A DNA stretch of 39,565 nt from Octopus bimaculoides (Eukaryota), in NCBI RefSeq assembly GCF_001194135.2, contig NC_068987.1, positions 26,737,989-26,777,553 on the forward strand, read 5' to 3'. A program made the position numbers and the translations under genes. Positions within the stretch are counted from its first letter, which is position 1. The number at the start of each line of letters is the position of its first letter. Below the pieces are notes generated by a model. That model was given only the letters and a program-made list of their open reading frames with translations, was not told the origin of the DNA and made no database searches. Below, piece after piece: positions 23,758-35,728 of the stretch.

Positions 23758-23790
23758 ATCGGAAACATATTTCGACCCCTCATCAGCAAT
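23758..23790 (-). ncRNA. Minimal hammerhead-like motif, decayed
   Basis: Minus strand reads attg-CTGATGA-GGGGTC-GAAA-tatgtttc-cgat: core intact, stem I attg/cgat, very short stem II, imperfect stem III. Confidence 0.4.
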
Positions 23791-24499
23791 GAGTCAAATG
23801 AACCTTGCCCTTTACACCGGAGGTAATTCCGTAATAGAATGCGAAGGAAATGAAAAAAACTGGACAAAATACTCTTGTTATAACAAAATGAAATTCGAAG
23901 GTGTGATATTCAAGAGGCTTTCAGCGATCATTCCTGTATACATTTATATTACAATTATAACAAATTCTCAACTATATCTGGAGAAATCAAATTGCTTTCG
24001 ATTGTACTTGCTTTTCCTCCATGTTGAAAATATACTACAAAAGCCTTATATTAATATGGTTTGAGAAAGTATTAACATTATTCGAACTTTCACGGTTTAA
24101 TTGAGAACGGATATAAGATAAAGATAAAATACCAAGTATGATTTTACCACCTGCCGCGAGAATCATTTCTTGTTGTAGCATCTATAAAACTACCAAATGC
24201 TTTTACTGATTTTTTAAATGTTGCTAAGTTCTCATATGTACAATAAAGTGGAGTTGTAAAGCTTCGATCAACTGCTATTATCTAGGCAATTTTTAAATAA
24301 AATCTATTCGGTTGTTCTAAAATCTGCAGACAACAGATGAGGTAAGCAATTTCGATAGCACTGGCAAATGAAGAAAGCAATTGACATATTTCAGTTTAGT
24401 AGCAGTTTCAATAAGGCAGTTTATTTTTAGATGGCAAGTCTACAAGTTATCTATCTCCCCTTTCTGTTTGTCGAGCCCTCTCTTTATATATGTCTACAC

Positions 24500-24595
24500 C
24501 CCCACACCCACACGCATACACTCACCCCCCACACACGCACACACACGCACACACACGCACACACACACACGCACGCACACACACACTACACACAT
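24500..24595. repeat. (CA/CACG)n microsatellite
   Basis: Directly visible. Confidence 0.9.
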
Positions 24596-24945
24596 TTACT
24601 TATACTTACATTTCTATATTTACATTCAACCAACTATTACAGGCATTTTATCAACCATTATTTTATCCGACATGCCTTACTTTCTTGCCTTTAACCCTCC
24701 AGCGCGGAGTATAGTCCACTTATAATTGAATTCCATGTCACATAATTTTTTTCCCTTCTGTACTTATACTCTGCCATGAATGTACCCCTTTCTCTAGTTC
24801 CTTTTGTGTTGGTCTACGTCACGAGTTCTTAGGCCTACCCCTCTTACTATATCCATTCGGATTCCACTGTAAAGCATTTTTAGTTATATTTGGTGTGTCA
24901 AATATGCCTTACACATTATTAATATTTAAACTTAACAATAAAGCT

Positions 24946-25070
24946 TCGCGGTGGCAGAATCATTAGCACGCCGGAGAAAAAAAAGCTTAACAGCATTTCG
25001 TCCTTCTTAACATTCTGGGTTCAAATTCGACCTTGTTTCAATTCTTTCGGTGTCGATATAATCAACACCG
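24946..25070 (+). mobile_element. SINE family B, partial
   Basis: gtggcagaatcattagcacgccgg...gcatttcgtcc...gggttcaaattc...ctttcggtgtcgata. Confidence 0.8.
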
Positions 25071-25824
25071 AAAATGCTGGCTATGTGCTATAATTTGAGA
25101 TTAACATTTTAATTAAACGTGACTAACCATACGTGCATTTAAAAGAATTCCAACTGTCAGCAGCTCGTCGTTTTTGAAGTCAACCATCGATTGTGTCATT
25201 ACATTTTGTAACTTTAACCGTCCCCTCTTAAAATTTAGCTGCTATTTGTAGCAAAACAAACGGCTGCAGAATAGCCTTCTTCTTATTAGCTGTTTTGCTG
25301 TATTAGTTGAATAATTCATGAAATCTATTTGTTGTTGCTGTGTTTAGGTTCAGGTTGGTCCTGCAAACCAAACTGCTAGTCAAACGCTTTCCACTCATGA
25401 CTATCCCATCTCATTGTGTCATGCATAGTGTTTATGGAACATATTGCCCAATGTGTCTGTTCCTTTTTTGATATGGTGTATTGTTGGAGGGGAGAGAATG
25501 TCTTATATATTGTGGTTTAATCGTAATTTCTGATATTTTGTAGCTTAGCCCTGGTAGAAAAGATCAATATTTGAATGCGTTACATACCATCATACAGATA
25601 TAAAGATACCGGTTTGATTGTTTCCTCCTGTTTGAGATGGCAGAATGTTATCTGAGAGAATCTTGCTGTTACATCTACCAAAAGAGACGACTGTATAATG
25701 TGCCTCGCTTTGGTTTTTAAGTTTCATTAAAATGTAGTAAGCATCGGTCCTCATATTCTTGTAGTGGAAGAGACAGGAACGGAAACAGAAGGAAAGAGAG
25801 AGAGAGAGAAACGTGGGAGAGAAC

Positions 25825-25827
<3 letters not shown>

Positions 25828-25859
<32 letters not shown>

Positions 25860-25869
25860 NNNNNNNNNN
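25828..25869. repeat. (AG)n microsatellite with a 10-N gap
   Basis: Directly visible. Confidence 0.9.
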
Positions 25870-26426
25870 AGGGCGGGGAAAGAATGAAAGAAAGGAAGAG
25901 AAAAACTACTAATAATTTTATACATAAATCTTATTCAGTTTAAGGTGCAAGAAAATTCGGCATCATGACATTAACTGCAAAATCCTTGTCAAATATGTGT
26001 AAATTATGTCCATGCTAATTATGTAGTATAATTAATAGGTGCACAAGTGACATGGTAGAATTGATGATAGACGATGAAACTCAATATCCTTCCATCAGAA
26101 TGAATATAGTAATAAAACAGTGTGTATTTAACGTTCTGTGACCGAAGCACAAATTAAATATAGTGTTGATACTAATATAGTCACTGTAATTTGTAATATT
26201 GAATGCAAAATATTTCAAGAATTACGGTTTGTTTTGATCATAAAATATCTTTCGTCTATGAAAACAAGTTATTTGTCCATCCATTCTAATGGGTAGATGA
26301 GCTAAAGCAGTTCAAGTTTAGACTAGTTGGTTTGTATAGAATATCACAGAAGAACAAAGTTGAAAAAAATCTAAGCAAAGCTATTTACAATATTATACAT
26401 TTTAATTTTTAATAATATTGGAATAT

Positions 26427-26647
26427 NNNNNNNNNNNNNNNNNNNNNNNNNNNNNNNNNNNNNNNNNNNNNNNNNNNNNNNNNNNNNNNNNNNNNNNNNN
26501 NNNNNNNNNNNNNNNNNNNNNNNNNNNNNNNNNNNNNNNNNNNNNNNNNNNNNNNNNNNNNNNNNNNNNNNNNNNNNNNNNNNNNNNNNNNNNNNNNNNN
26601 NNNNNNNNNNNNNNNNNNNNNNNNNNNNNNNNNNNNNNNNNNNNNNN
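26427..26647. other. Assembly gap
   Basis: N run. Confidence 0.98.
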
Positions 26648-27479
26648 AGAGACATACGTGCATGCATACCTATATACATACATACATACATACACACTAA
26701 CTCATACACGTTTTTGAAGCTGTTAAGAGCGTTCTATAAATGTGTTAACAAGGTATTTATAGAAAATGAAAACATTATTTTCTCAACAATTCTATGATCG
26801 CCTGTTTCAGTGAATCAATTTTTTTCATGTTAATTTTTTGTTGCAGACTTTACCTCAAGAAATATTAATTATACTTTCAAATATTTTTGATGAAGAAAAA
26901 TATCAGAAAACGATAATTCGTTTTGTTATTACCTAGATGAAATTAAATGGATAGATGGCGAACAGGCAACCAAGTTAACAGGCAATAAAGTTGATAGAGA
27001 ATGGTGAGTCGCTCAAAAGAAAGCCGAGTTGGATAGGCGATGGATTATATGAATTTAGAGTTTCCAACAAAATGTCTCGTAGTATTTTTGCTTCAAATCC
27101 CGCCTATTTATCAAAGTTAAATTACCACTTTGATAAGAATAGCACACAATTGAATTGCTTACTCTCTATAGCATTCACAAATTAAATATGGGGTCGGTTT
27201 GATAAGCATGATTGCTGTATTGCAATATTTTGAGGTTTGTCGTTCTATTTGAAATATATGTAGCTGATGAAATCATGCATAACTCCCCCTTCTGTTGAGT
27301 TTTTCTATTTTAATCTGTGGCTATATTCTGAATTTATACCGAATTCATTCAGTATCTAAACACCAGATTCACAAATTAGACTGGTAGCAGAAAGGGAATT
27401 TACACCAACGTGGATTACAACGGTGTTCACTGGAGAATTTAGTTAGCGGAGTTTCATTGTATATATGCATACATACATA

Positions 27480-27787
27480 GTCATGGTGAACATGGTACTC
27501 CACGTGACAAAGTGGTACGATACACCTACTATAAAGTCAGACAGTCAGTCATTGTAGGAGGTCAGTTGTACACGTTCTCAGTTGGAGTTAGTGTTAGTTA
27601 CGTGTTAGATACGAGCCCGAGTTACCGTCAAGGTAGACATTTGAAGTCATTGTCTTGCGGAGCTATCATCGATAGCACGATAGACGAGTCAAAGATAAGA
27701 TGCGGAATACCGCCACAAAATAATAGTGGCGACAAGAATATTATAGTGCCGACAATAACATACAAGTGGACAAGGATCCACATTATA
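27480..27787 (+). repeat. 5' LTR / terminal direct repeat
   Basis: Aligns to 30708-31043 (atggtact..ccacgtgaca.agtggta..gatagcacgatagacga..ggaataccgccacaaaataatagtggcgacaagaatatta..gatccacattata). Possible TGTAT start at 27458 and ATACA end at 27764. Confidence 0.9.
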
Positions 27788-27812
27788 TATTTTATGAAAC
27801 ATCTGTAAAATT

Positions 27813-28710
27813 ATGGTAAATTTGTAAGAGAGTCTAGTTGAGTTGTAAAACCAGCAACAACAACAACAGCTCAAAGTACAATAACAAATGTTACAGCAAT
27901 AAATGCTACAATTAATGAAGTTGGTAACAAAACCGGAAAAGATGTTTTCGCCAGACCATGTAGCAAATTCAATAAATGAATTTAAATATAACCCGGAAGA
28001 AGGAGTCATCTTCGAGGCATATTACCGAAGATTTGAAAAAAATGTCGAAAAAGAATGCCAAGGCTGGACGGACGAAATGAGAACGCATCTAATTTTAAGG
28101 AAACTAGCAACGATAGACCACAAGAAATACTATAACTTCATATTGCCTAAAATAGTTTCTGACATAAATTTCACGGACAAAATTGACATTGTATGTAAGA
28201 TGTTCAATGAAAAAACATCGTTATTCAACACACGTTGAAAGTGTTTGAACACGGAGAAAAGCGATGATGATAACATTGCAACATATGCGGGTAGAGTGAA
28301 CAGAGAATGCGAGAGATTTAAACTGGATAAACCCGAGACATGTTCAAGAGCCTGAATGTTGCTCAAGGAGTTTCTGTTAAAAAAACGCAGAAGTCAGAAC
28401 GAAAATACTCGCTATGCGGGAACTGAACCAGAAACTTCAGAAGAGTCCGATATGATATTGAAAGTAAGGCACGAGAGAGAAAAACTCCAACGCAGAGTTT
28501 GTTTACTGATAAAACCAGAGTGAAAGATCGGAAGACGGATAAAGTGTTTCACAAAAAATAAGGAGATAAACCCATATATGTCAAGGGTAGGCACCCGAGA
28601 AAAGAGTGTCCGTTCAAAGAAGCAACGTGTTTTCATTGTGGGAACACAGGACACATTAACTCGCACTGCATAACTAAGATGATGAAAAATTGGACCAAAT
28701 GAGGAAAAAA
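27813..28710 (+). pseudogene. gag: Gypsy gag remnant
   Basis: PolyQ-like start; FKYNPEEGVIFEAYYRRF...LILRKL...YNFILPK...SLFNTR*KCL; CCHC knuckle CFHCGNTGHINSHC at 28628-28669; several stops and frameshifts. Confidence 0.85.
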
Positions 28711-28749
28711 ATAAATTGTCATCAGTGAAAAACGTTTTTCTCAAGTAGG

Positions 28750-28950
28750 TGAGAATCGAAACCACTAGTGTCAAAATTCGAAATAGACACGGGTAGTGAC
28801 ATCACTATCATAAATGAAGAAACATGGCGACAATTCGATATGTCGAAAGTACTTAAATCAAATAAAGTAGCATATGGTGTTACAAGAAAGAAATTATATT
28901 TCACCGGCGAATGTATTTGCAATGAAACTTTTCGAAATGAAACGTAAAGG
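28750..28950 (+). pseudogene. pol: Retroviral-type aspartic protease remnant
   Basis: FEIDTGSDITIINEETW, with DTG at 28786-28794. Confidence 0.88.
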
Positions 28951-29199
28951 CAATCGTTTGTGTGTTGAAAAAATTACTAAACCTATGTGGCACAGAATGC
29001 ACGGAGTTACTTAAAATGTAGGCTATCCTCATTAGTTCTCTCTGTGAAAATGTAGTCGACGCGGTTAAATGTTAGAATGAGTTCGAACAACTAAAGCGAA
29101 AAATTAGAAAATTGTTTCTACATTTTTTGGTGGGAAGGATTAGGCTGTTGCACTAAAACAAAAGCGAGGATCGCAATAAAAGACAAAGGAACAGTTGTT

Positions 29200-29880
29200 T
29201 TTGTAGGCCCAAAAGGAAGGTGCCGTTTGCGGCATTATACTAAAATCTCTAGCCATAATTGAGAAAGGCGACCATTCAGACTGGGCAGCTGTGACGGTTT
29301 ATGTAAAAAAAATAAAAAAATAAAGAATGTGTGCGATCTTTTCAATTGTATTAAAAGACTGTTCAGTCGAATACAATTATCCATTACCAAGGCCAGACGA
29401 AGTGTTTTCAAAACAGAATAGAAGAAAAATTTTGTTGAAGTTAGATCTCTCGGAGGCCTATCTGCAGATACAGGCAGCGGAAGATTGCACACACTTTTTA
29501 ACAAACAACGCACCCTAGATTGGATTGTGTAAATTCAAGAGGCTTCCTCTTCGAGCAAAAGTGGCACCAGTCACATTCCAACAAGTGGTGGATGAAATGT
29601 TAAACGATTGCGACTTCGCTATCGCTTGTCTCGATAATATTTCGTAAAACAGCGAGTCAGTGGCGCAATACTTGGAACATATTAAAAAAGTATTCGGAAA
29701 AATAAATGAATGCGCGTTTAGACTAACAGAGGAAAAGTGTGAAATTTTAGGTCAAGTAATTGATGAAAGGGGACGGAAGCCAGAACCATCTAGAGCAATG
29801 ACAATACGGATTATGTCTCCCCCAACGAAAGTCAAACTGTTACAAGCATTTTTAGGGTTGGTAAACCACTATTAACATAC
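29200..29880 (+). pseudogene. pol: Reverse transcriptase remnant
   Basis: PKRKVPFAA; YPLPRPDEVF; KLDLSEAYLQI; FQQVVDEML; catalytic motif decayed to CLDN; LQAFLGLVNHY. Confidence 0.9.
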
Positions 29881-29949
29881 ACAACATACACGACACAAGA
29901 GTTCCACTAAACGAGCTGTTAAAAAAGGATTTCAAATGGTTTTGGTCAG

Positions 29950-30610
29950 AGGAGCTAAAAAGCATGTTAACTTCAGCCTTGTCGCTTACACACTTCGATC
30001 CGAAGTTGGAAACGATGCTGGTAACAAATGCTAGTCAGTACGGGGTATGTGTCGTACTCCTATACAAATGTGAAGATGATAGCAAAAAGGTCATAGCTTG
30101 TGCGTCAAAGACACCATTGCCAGAGGAAAAAAATATAGCAAAATTGAAAAAGAGGCATTGCATAAAAGAGTATAAAAAATATAGTCAAATTGAAAAACAG
30201 GCATAGTATAAAAAATATAGTCAAATTGAAAAACAGGCATAGTATAAAAAAATTCCGCAGGTTTATACATAGCAGACGGTTTAGACTACAAACATACCGT
30301 CACCTGTTGCTTACGATTTATGGATCCAAGAAAGGATTCTCAGTACATACAGCAAAAAGGTTGCAGCGATGGGGCACCATTTAACTAAACTACGACTACG
30401 CAATGGAATATTCATCTTCGAAAAAGCTAGAACGTGCTGACTGTCTATCCGGGTTAATATTCAGAAATGGCGAACCATTCGACGTCGCGGTAATAGCAAC
30501 CCTCATAGCCGAAGAAGAAATTAAACACATAATGTGGAACATTGTATGTGAGTTACCAATCACTCTGGAGGAGATAATGCGACACGCGTCAAAATATAAA
30601 TTCATTAATG
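29950..30610 (+). pseudogene. pol: RNase H and connection remnant
   Basis: LTHFDPKL..NASQYGV..IACASK; KYSQIEKQA; GSKKG..TAKRLQRW; ADCLSGL; LPITLEEI. No integrase follows. Confidence 0.9.
30169..30251 (+). repeat. Perfect 36-bp tandem duplication inside RNase H
   Basis: agtataaaaaatatagtcaaattgaaaaacaggcat x2 (30169-30204, 30205-30240) plus an 11-bp partial copy. Confidence 0.95.
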
Positions 30611-30632
30611 AAAAAAAAAATTGTGGTCAGCT

Positions 30633-30643
30633 AAAGGGAGGGG
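30633..30643 (+). other. Polypurine tract
   Basis: AAAGGGAGGGG followed directly by TG. Confidence 0.7.
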
Positions 30644-30707
30644 TGAATAAAGTAAAATAAAATTACTTGCTTCCCAAAGTAAAACAAAACAAACAAACAA
30701 GAAAAGA

Positions 30708-31043
30708 CATATAGTGAAAATGGTACTTTCCTTCCCACGTGACACAGTGGTATGATAAACCACTATAAAGTCAAACAATCAGTCGTTGTAGGTGGTCAGT
30801 AATAGTAGATTCGTTGTAAGAGTTTTCAGTTCAGTTTGAGTTAGTGTCAGTTACGTGATACATACGTCTTTGAGTTACCGTCAAAGTAGACGTTTCAAGT
30901 CATTGTCTTGCGGAGTTCTCATCGATAGCACGATAGACGAGATAAAGATAATAAGACGTGGAATACCGCCACAAAATAATAGTGGCGACAAGAATATTAC
31001 AGTGCCGATAATAACATACAATTTGACGAAGATCCACATTATA

Positions 31044-31046
<3 letters not shown>
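30708..31046 (+). repeat. 3' LTR / terminal direct repeat
   Basis: Homologous to 27480-27787 with many substitutions and small indels; ends cattataaca against a (CA)n tract. Confidence 0.9.
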
Positions 31047-31074
<28 letters not shown>

Positions 31075-31205
31075 CAGACACACACACAGACACACACATA
31101 TATATATATACATACATAGAAACACCCCCACCCCCACACACACGCATATTTACATTTATACACACACACACCTATATATATGTATATATTCACCCCACAC
31201 AGACA
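31047..31205. repeat. (CA)/(TA) microsatellite field
   Basis: Directly visible. Confidence 0.9.
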
Positions 31206-31209
31206 CATT

Positions 31210-31365
31210 TATAACCGGTTTCCATGTCTTTTTATTGCAATATTCACTGACATGACTCTAGTTGGTTTGAGAGTGGAGTAGAAAACACTTGTTGAAGGTT
31301 CCACATAGCGGAACTATATCAGAGATCCAACAGTTGCGAAGCGACACTCTGAATCACACGCCGAT
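31210..31365 (-). mobile_element. Old SINE family A 5' half
   Basis: aatattcactgacatgactc...agtagaaaacacttgttgaaggttccacatagcggaact...atcacacgcc aligns to 5311-5470. Confidence 0.6.
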
Positions 31366-32929
31366 ATCTGTACATATATAATCAGAAAATAGACAATTCG
31401 ACTTGTAGTACAATACACGATGAACGGAATTAACTGTAGTCTCAATATGTTCATATATTACAGTATTCACTGTGTGTAATTTAGTGTAGTACTCACTTGC
31501 CACCAGTAAATAAGTTCTACTGTGAATTAATCTACTTTTCTAGCCAAAATTAACTTCGGAATTATACTTGCAAATATTGACCCTATAATAACTTTAGTCG
31601 CATTATTATCATTGCAAAATATGACATATTACTAACGCGGTTATATGAGATATTACATTAACATATTATGAATCTAGACACACGCAGAATACACACAAAA
31701 AAATGTACACAACGCACTAACACACACAAACACACACGCACACACGCTCACACACAAGCACACACATACACACACACTCACACACACATATTTTCAGGCA
31801 CACATATATATACACATGCACACTGCGGCTGTGATACATATACATTTACGTAGACATCCGCATTTACGTCTTTCTCTCACACCATATATGTATTTACATA
31901 CATAGATGCTTGTATACATACGTTCACATATATGCTAATGTAGATGCGCTTCTATATCGCATATATATACCTACTTGTAAATATAAGCATATGAATATAT
32001 TTATGCGTGTATGTTTGTGTACACGTGTGTTATCTCATCAAACATTTTAACATTCATGTTTCTAATTTCGTTGAGAAGCCGAAAAATATTCACGCACATA
32101 TACCTGTTTAAATGTACGCATTCATCTCTATATAAATCTATTACTAGCACACTTGTTCTCTCCTCTAATACATCGACTTCTTCGTCTACCTCTCTGTCTT
32201 ACACACACAAGCCTTCACAAACCTACACGAACATGCAGGTGCCCACATACGCATCTTGCCGCTTCTCTTCAAACCCTCATTTAAATAGATATTGAAAATA
32301 TGGTTCTAAATTATTAAATGTTAATTCCTCATTAGGTTGTTGTAAATAATTTATCGTTTCTTCCAATTAAAGTTTACGATTAAAAGTTTGATATATCGAT
32401 GGAAACACGAAAAATTATCTTCGTTAAATTCTACGAAAGAGTATCTGGTATTCTAGTTGGATCTTAAGAATACATCGCATTTTCACATGTGTTGTCCTCA
32501 TGTGTCTTCTTTATTTGTTGGAAGTAAAAACACTTAAACACGAAGTTGTCAATCACTCCATAGTTTTCAATATAGTTTTGTCTCGTTTTCTAATATAATA
32601 AATACATGGTTATCTGAAAAGGTCTGTTTCATTTAAATTTATGTGCGTAATTTTTATATACATAAATAAAGCACAAAATAGGCGTGTATTCGATACGTAG
32701 CGTTACAGTAGTAATAGTTAATTCTCAGCAAATCGATATGTATAGAATTTCAAACTGAAATCGTTTTGTTAATGCAATCTACTTTACTTTTCATCCTTCT
32801 TGGTTCTACAACATGTTTGAGTCATGTACATGGATCACCCTAATCAATTGATATGGAATCTATATGTGTGTCTGAATGTGCATGTGTCTGAGCGCGTACG
32901 TGTGTGTATGCGTGCCTAAATATGGGTAT

Positions 32930-32965
32930 ATCTGCGTGCGTGTGGTGTGGTGTGGTGTGTGTGTG

Positions 32966-33000
<35 letters not shown>

Positions 33001-33020
33001 GTGCGTGTTCTGTGTGTGTA
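32930..33020. repeat. (TG)n microsatellite
   Basis: Directly visible. Confidence 0.9.
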
Positions 33021-34354
33021 TGATATATGGGCAATACGTGCTGCTTGTGATCGTATCTGAGTTGTAGATCGATGTAAAAACATTCTGATATTTTGCTCCA
33101 TGAGGCTAACTTCCTAAAATGGATCATAAATAAATGTAAATTCAGCTATTTCACACAGAATTTTAATATGACTACCAACACAAAAAGATCGTAAAATTGA
33201 ATAAACTCCTTAAAGTCACCCCGCCTTCCTGAACTCCATTCCACGACTGAAGCCGTAAAAGTAAAGTATGTTGAATGCTATATAAAGAAACAGGTGACAA
33301 AGTAACAGAAATATTTGTTATTGTGATTGCTGATATAAACTGTTTCAGTTTATACAAATAAGTTCCTAGCTCTTACAATATCTATCTAATTCCTGCCTAA
33401 AAGGAGAAATTAACAATTGGACTCATCTATTTCATAGCTAATAAATAATTTCTTGCAAAATTATTTGTATTCCCAATTCTGTTATCTGTCTGCCCATACA
33501 TCTTTTATTTTATATGCTTATGACAAGCGATACATATTCAATTCAATTTGTTACACTCTTGTGTATATAGTTTCTACGCTATCGTATAGCACAAGATACT
33601 GCGTACAGATACTTTTCATGTTTTTATAATTTTTTCGTTAACATTTTATGGACAGTTGTACATCTACTGTGTTTACAAACCAGAAACTGATATTAAACTG
33701 AAGTAGAGACGAGTTATGTGGGCTGATGTACTATGCGGAATGGACTCATCGAAAATTATATTCTTTTCTTCATTTCAGGCTACATTAATATACACCCCAA
33801 ACTGAGAGATTTCAACGTTATACCTTGACTTGCTAGAAATAGCTGTCAAAAATCCATCAAACTTTAAGACTCGAATACCTAGACTGTAGCTCTATTCGGT
33901 CAGTGCTGATCTGGGGTTAAACAGGGACCTTATTTTTTTTGTGTTTTTTATTGTAATTTTAAATTACAATCCGATTCATATTTACGTGCCGAAGCACAAA
34001 ATTGCTCATACTCACATCTCTGTCTCAACATCACAAAATAGTAGACTCTACACTAATCAAGAGATTTGATATTATCGATCTCTTATATGAACTAATTCAA
34101 CTAATCATAAGAATTCACTTGTACTACTTCCGCCCACACAGATTATCACTAGTTTCCAAAGAAGCTAAATTTTACTGTCCGTTCTTAACTGAGTTTTGTA
34201 ACTTTATTTGCTTCTCTTTAACTGCATGCTCTAAATCCCAAACAATCAGCTCATCACTTTCTTGTAGATTAATGGTTTTCAACTAAGGTCTATATAGTCA
34301 ATTTTGCTTTAGATGTAAGTATTGATATGTAATACAAAAAACATATTTCTTTAA

Positions 34355-34524
34355 ATTTTTACATGGTTCAACCGACAGAAGTTAATGTGTGAAAAACAAA
34401 ATAGGAATTTTGAAATAATTTCTATAAAATTAGTTTTTAAACATCGAATGGTCATGGGGGTCCACCAGAATAAAATAGACATCAAAGGGGTTCATAGAAA
34501 AAACATGGCTCAGAACTCTTGCTG
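34355..34524 (-). mobile_element. Possible hAT/Charlie-type terminal fragment
   Basis: ggggtccacc...ggggttcatag...gctcagaactcttg resembles a CAGGGGTTCTCAAC-type end; only one end is seen. Confidence 0.35.
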
Positions 34525-34705
34525 TAAACACTTCATACTTATGAGACTTACTATTTCATTTTCTAACATTAATGGATATATATTCCTCGCATATGTTACA
34601 CAAAGAATTGCGTGTTTCGCTAGGAGGATTATTAAATAATAACTGTTTATACATAGAACTGGAAGTTTGATAAAACGGCAGATTCATTCGTAGCAATTTA
34701 AGCAT

Positions 34706-35689
34706 NNNNNNNNNNNNNNNNNNNNNNNNNNNNNNNNNNNNNNNNNNNNNNNNNNNNNNNNNNNNNNNNNNNNNNNNNNNNNNNNNNNNNNNNNNNNNNN
34801 NNNNNNNNNNNNNNNNNNNNNNNNNNNNNNNNNNNNNNNNNNNNNNNNNNNNNNNNNNNNNNNNNNNNNNNNNNNNNNNNNNNNNNNNNNNNNNNNNNNN
34901 NNNNNNNNNNNNNNNNNNNNNNNNNNNNNNNNNNNNNNNNNNNNNNNNNNNNNNNNNNNNNNNNNNNNNNNNNNNNNNNNNNNNNNNNNNNNNNNNNNNN
35001 NNNNNNNNNNNNNNNNNNNNNNNNNNNNNNNNNNNNNNNNNNNNNNNNNNNNNNNNNNNNNNNNNNNNNNNNNNNNNNNNNNNNNNNNNNNNNNNNNNNN
35101 NNNNNNNNNNNNNNNNNNNNNNNNNNNNNNNNNNNNNNNNNNNNNNNNNNNNNNNNNNNNNNNNNNNNNNNNNNNNNNNNNNNNNNNNNNNNNNNNNNNN
35201 NNNNNNNNNNNNNNNNNNNNNNNNNNNNNNNNNNNNNNNNNNNNNNNNNNNNNNNNNNNNNNNNNNNNNNNNNNNNNNNNNNNNNNNNNNNNNNNNNNNN
35301 NNNNNNNNNNNNNNNNNNNNNNNNNNNNNNNNNNNNNNNNNNNNNNNNNNNNNNNNNNNNNNNNNNNNNNNNNNNNNNNNNNNNNNNNNNNNNNNNNNNN
35401 NNNNNNNNNNNNNNNNNNNNNNNNNNNNNNNNNNNNNNNNNNNNNNNNNNNNNNNNNNNNNNNNNNNNNNNNNNNNNNNNNNNNNNNNNNNNNNNNNNNN
35501 NNNNNNNNNNNNNNNNNNNNNNNNNNNNNNNNNNNNNNNNNNNNNNNNNNNNNNNNNNNNNNNNNNNNNNNNNNNNNNNNNNNNNNNNNNNNNNNNNNNN
35601 NNNNNNNNNNNNNNNNNNNNNNNNNNNNNNNNNNNNNNNNNNNNNNNNNNNNNNNNNNNNNNNNNNNNNNNNNNNNNNNNNNNNNNNNN
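34706..35689. other. Assembly gap ending in (TA)n
   Basis: N run. Confidence 0.98.

Positions 35690-35728
<39 letters not shown>

Larger units (their letters stand above)
27458..31046 (+). mobile_element. Decayed Ty3/Gypsy LTR retrotransposon (K02A2.6-like), lacking integrase
   Basis: Two ~310-bp direct repeats flank gag-PR-RT-RH remnants; a polypurine tract precedes the 3' repeat. The outer boundaries are uncertain and I found no TSD. Confidence 0.92.

Noticed and set aside
27512-27808. Similar ORFs at 27512-27808 and 30855-31214, suggesting a duplicated gene
   Set aside because: They are chance reading frames of the two LTRs.
30127-30251. 36-bp direct repeats as a possible CRISPR array
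   Set aside because: Contiguous with no spacers, inside a retrotransposon RNase H, in a eukaryotic context.
1180-35725. Long ORFs containing X runs (e.g. 1180-2127, 4472-5146, 6061-7075, 16216-16713, 26371-26717, 34556-35725)
   Set aside because: Artefacts of translating through N gaps.
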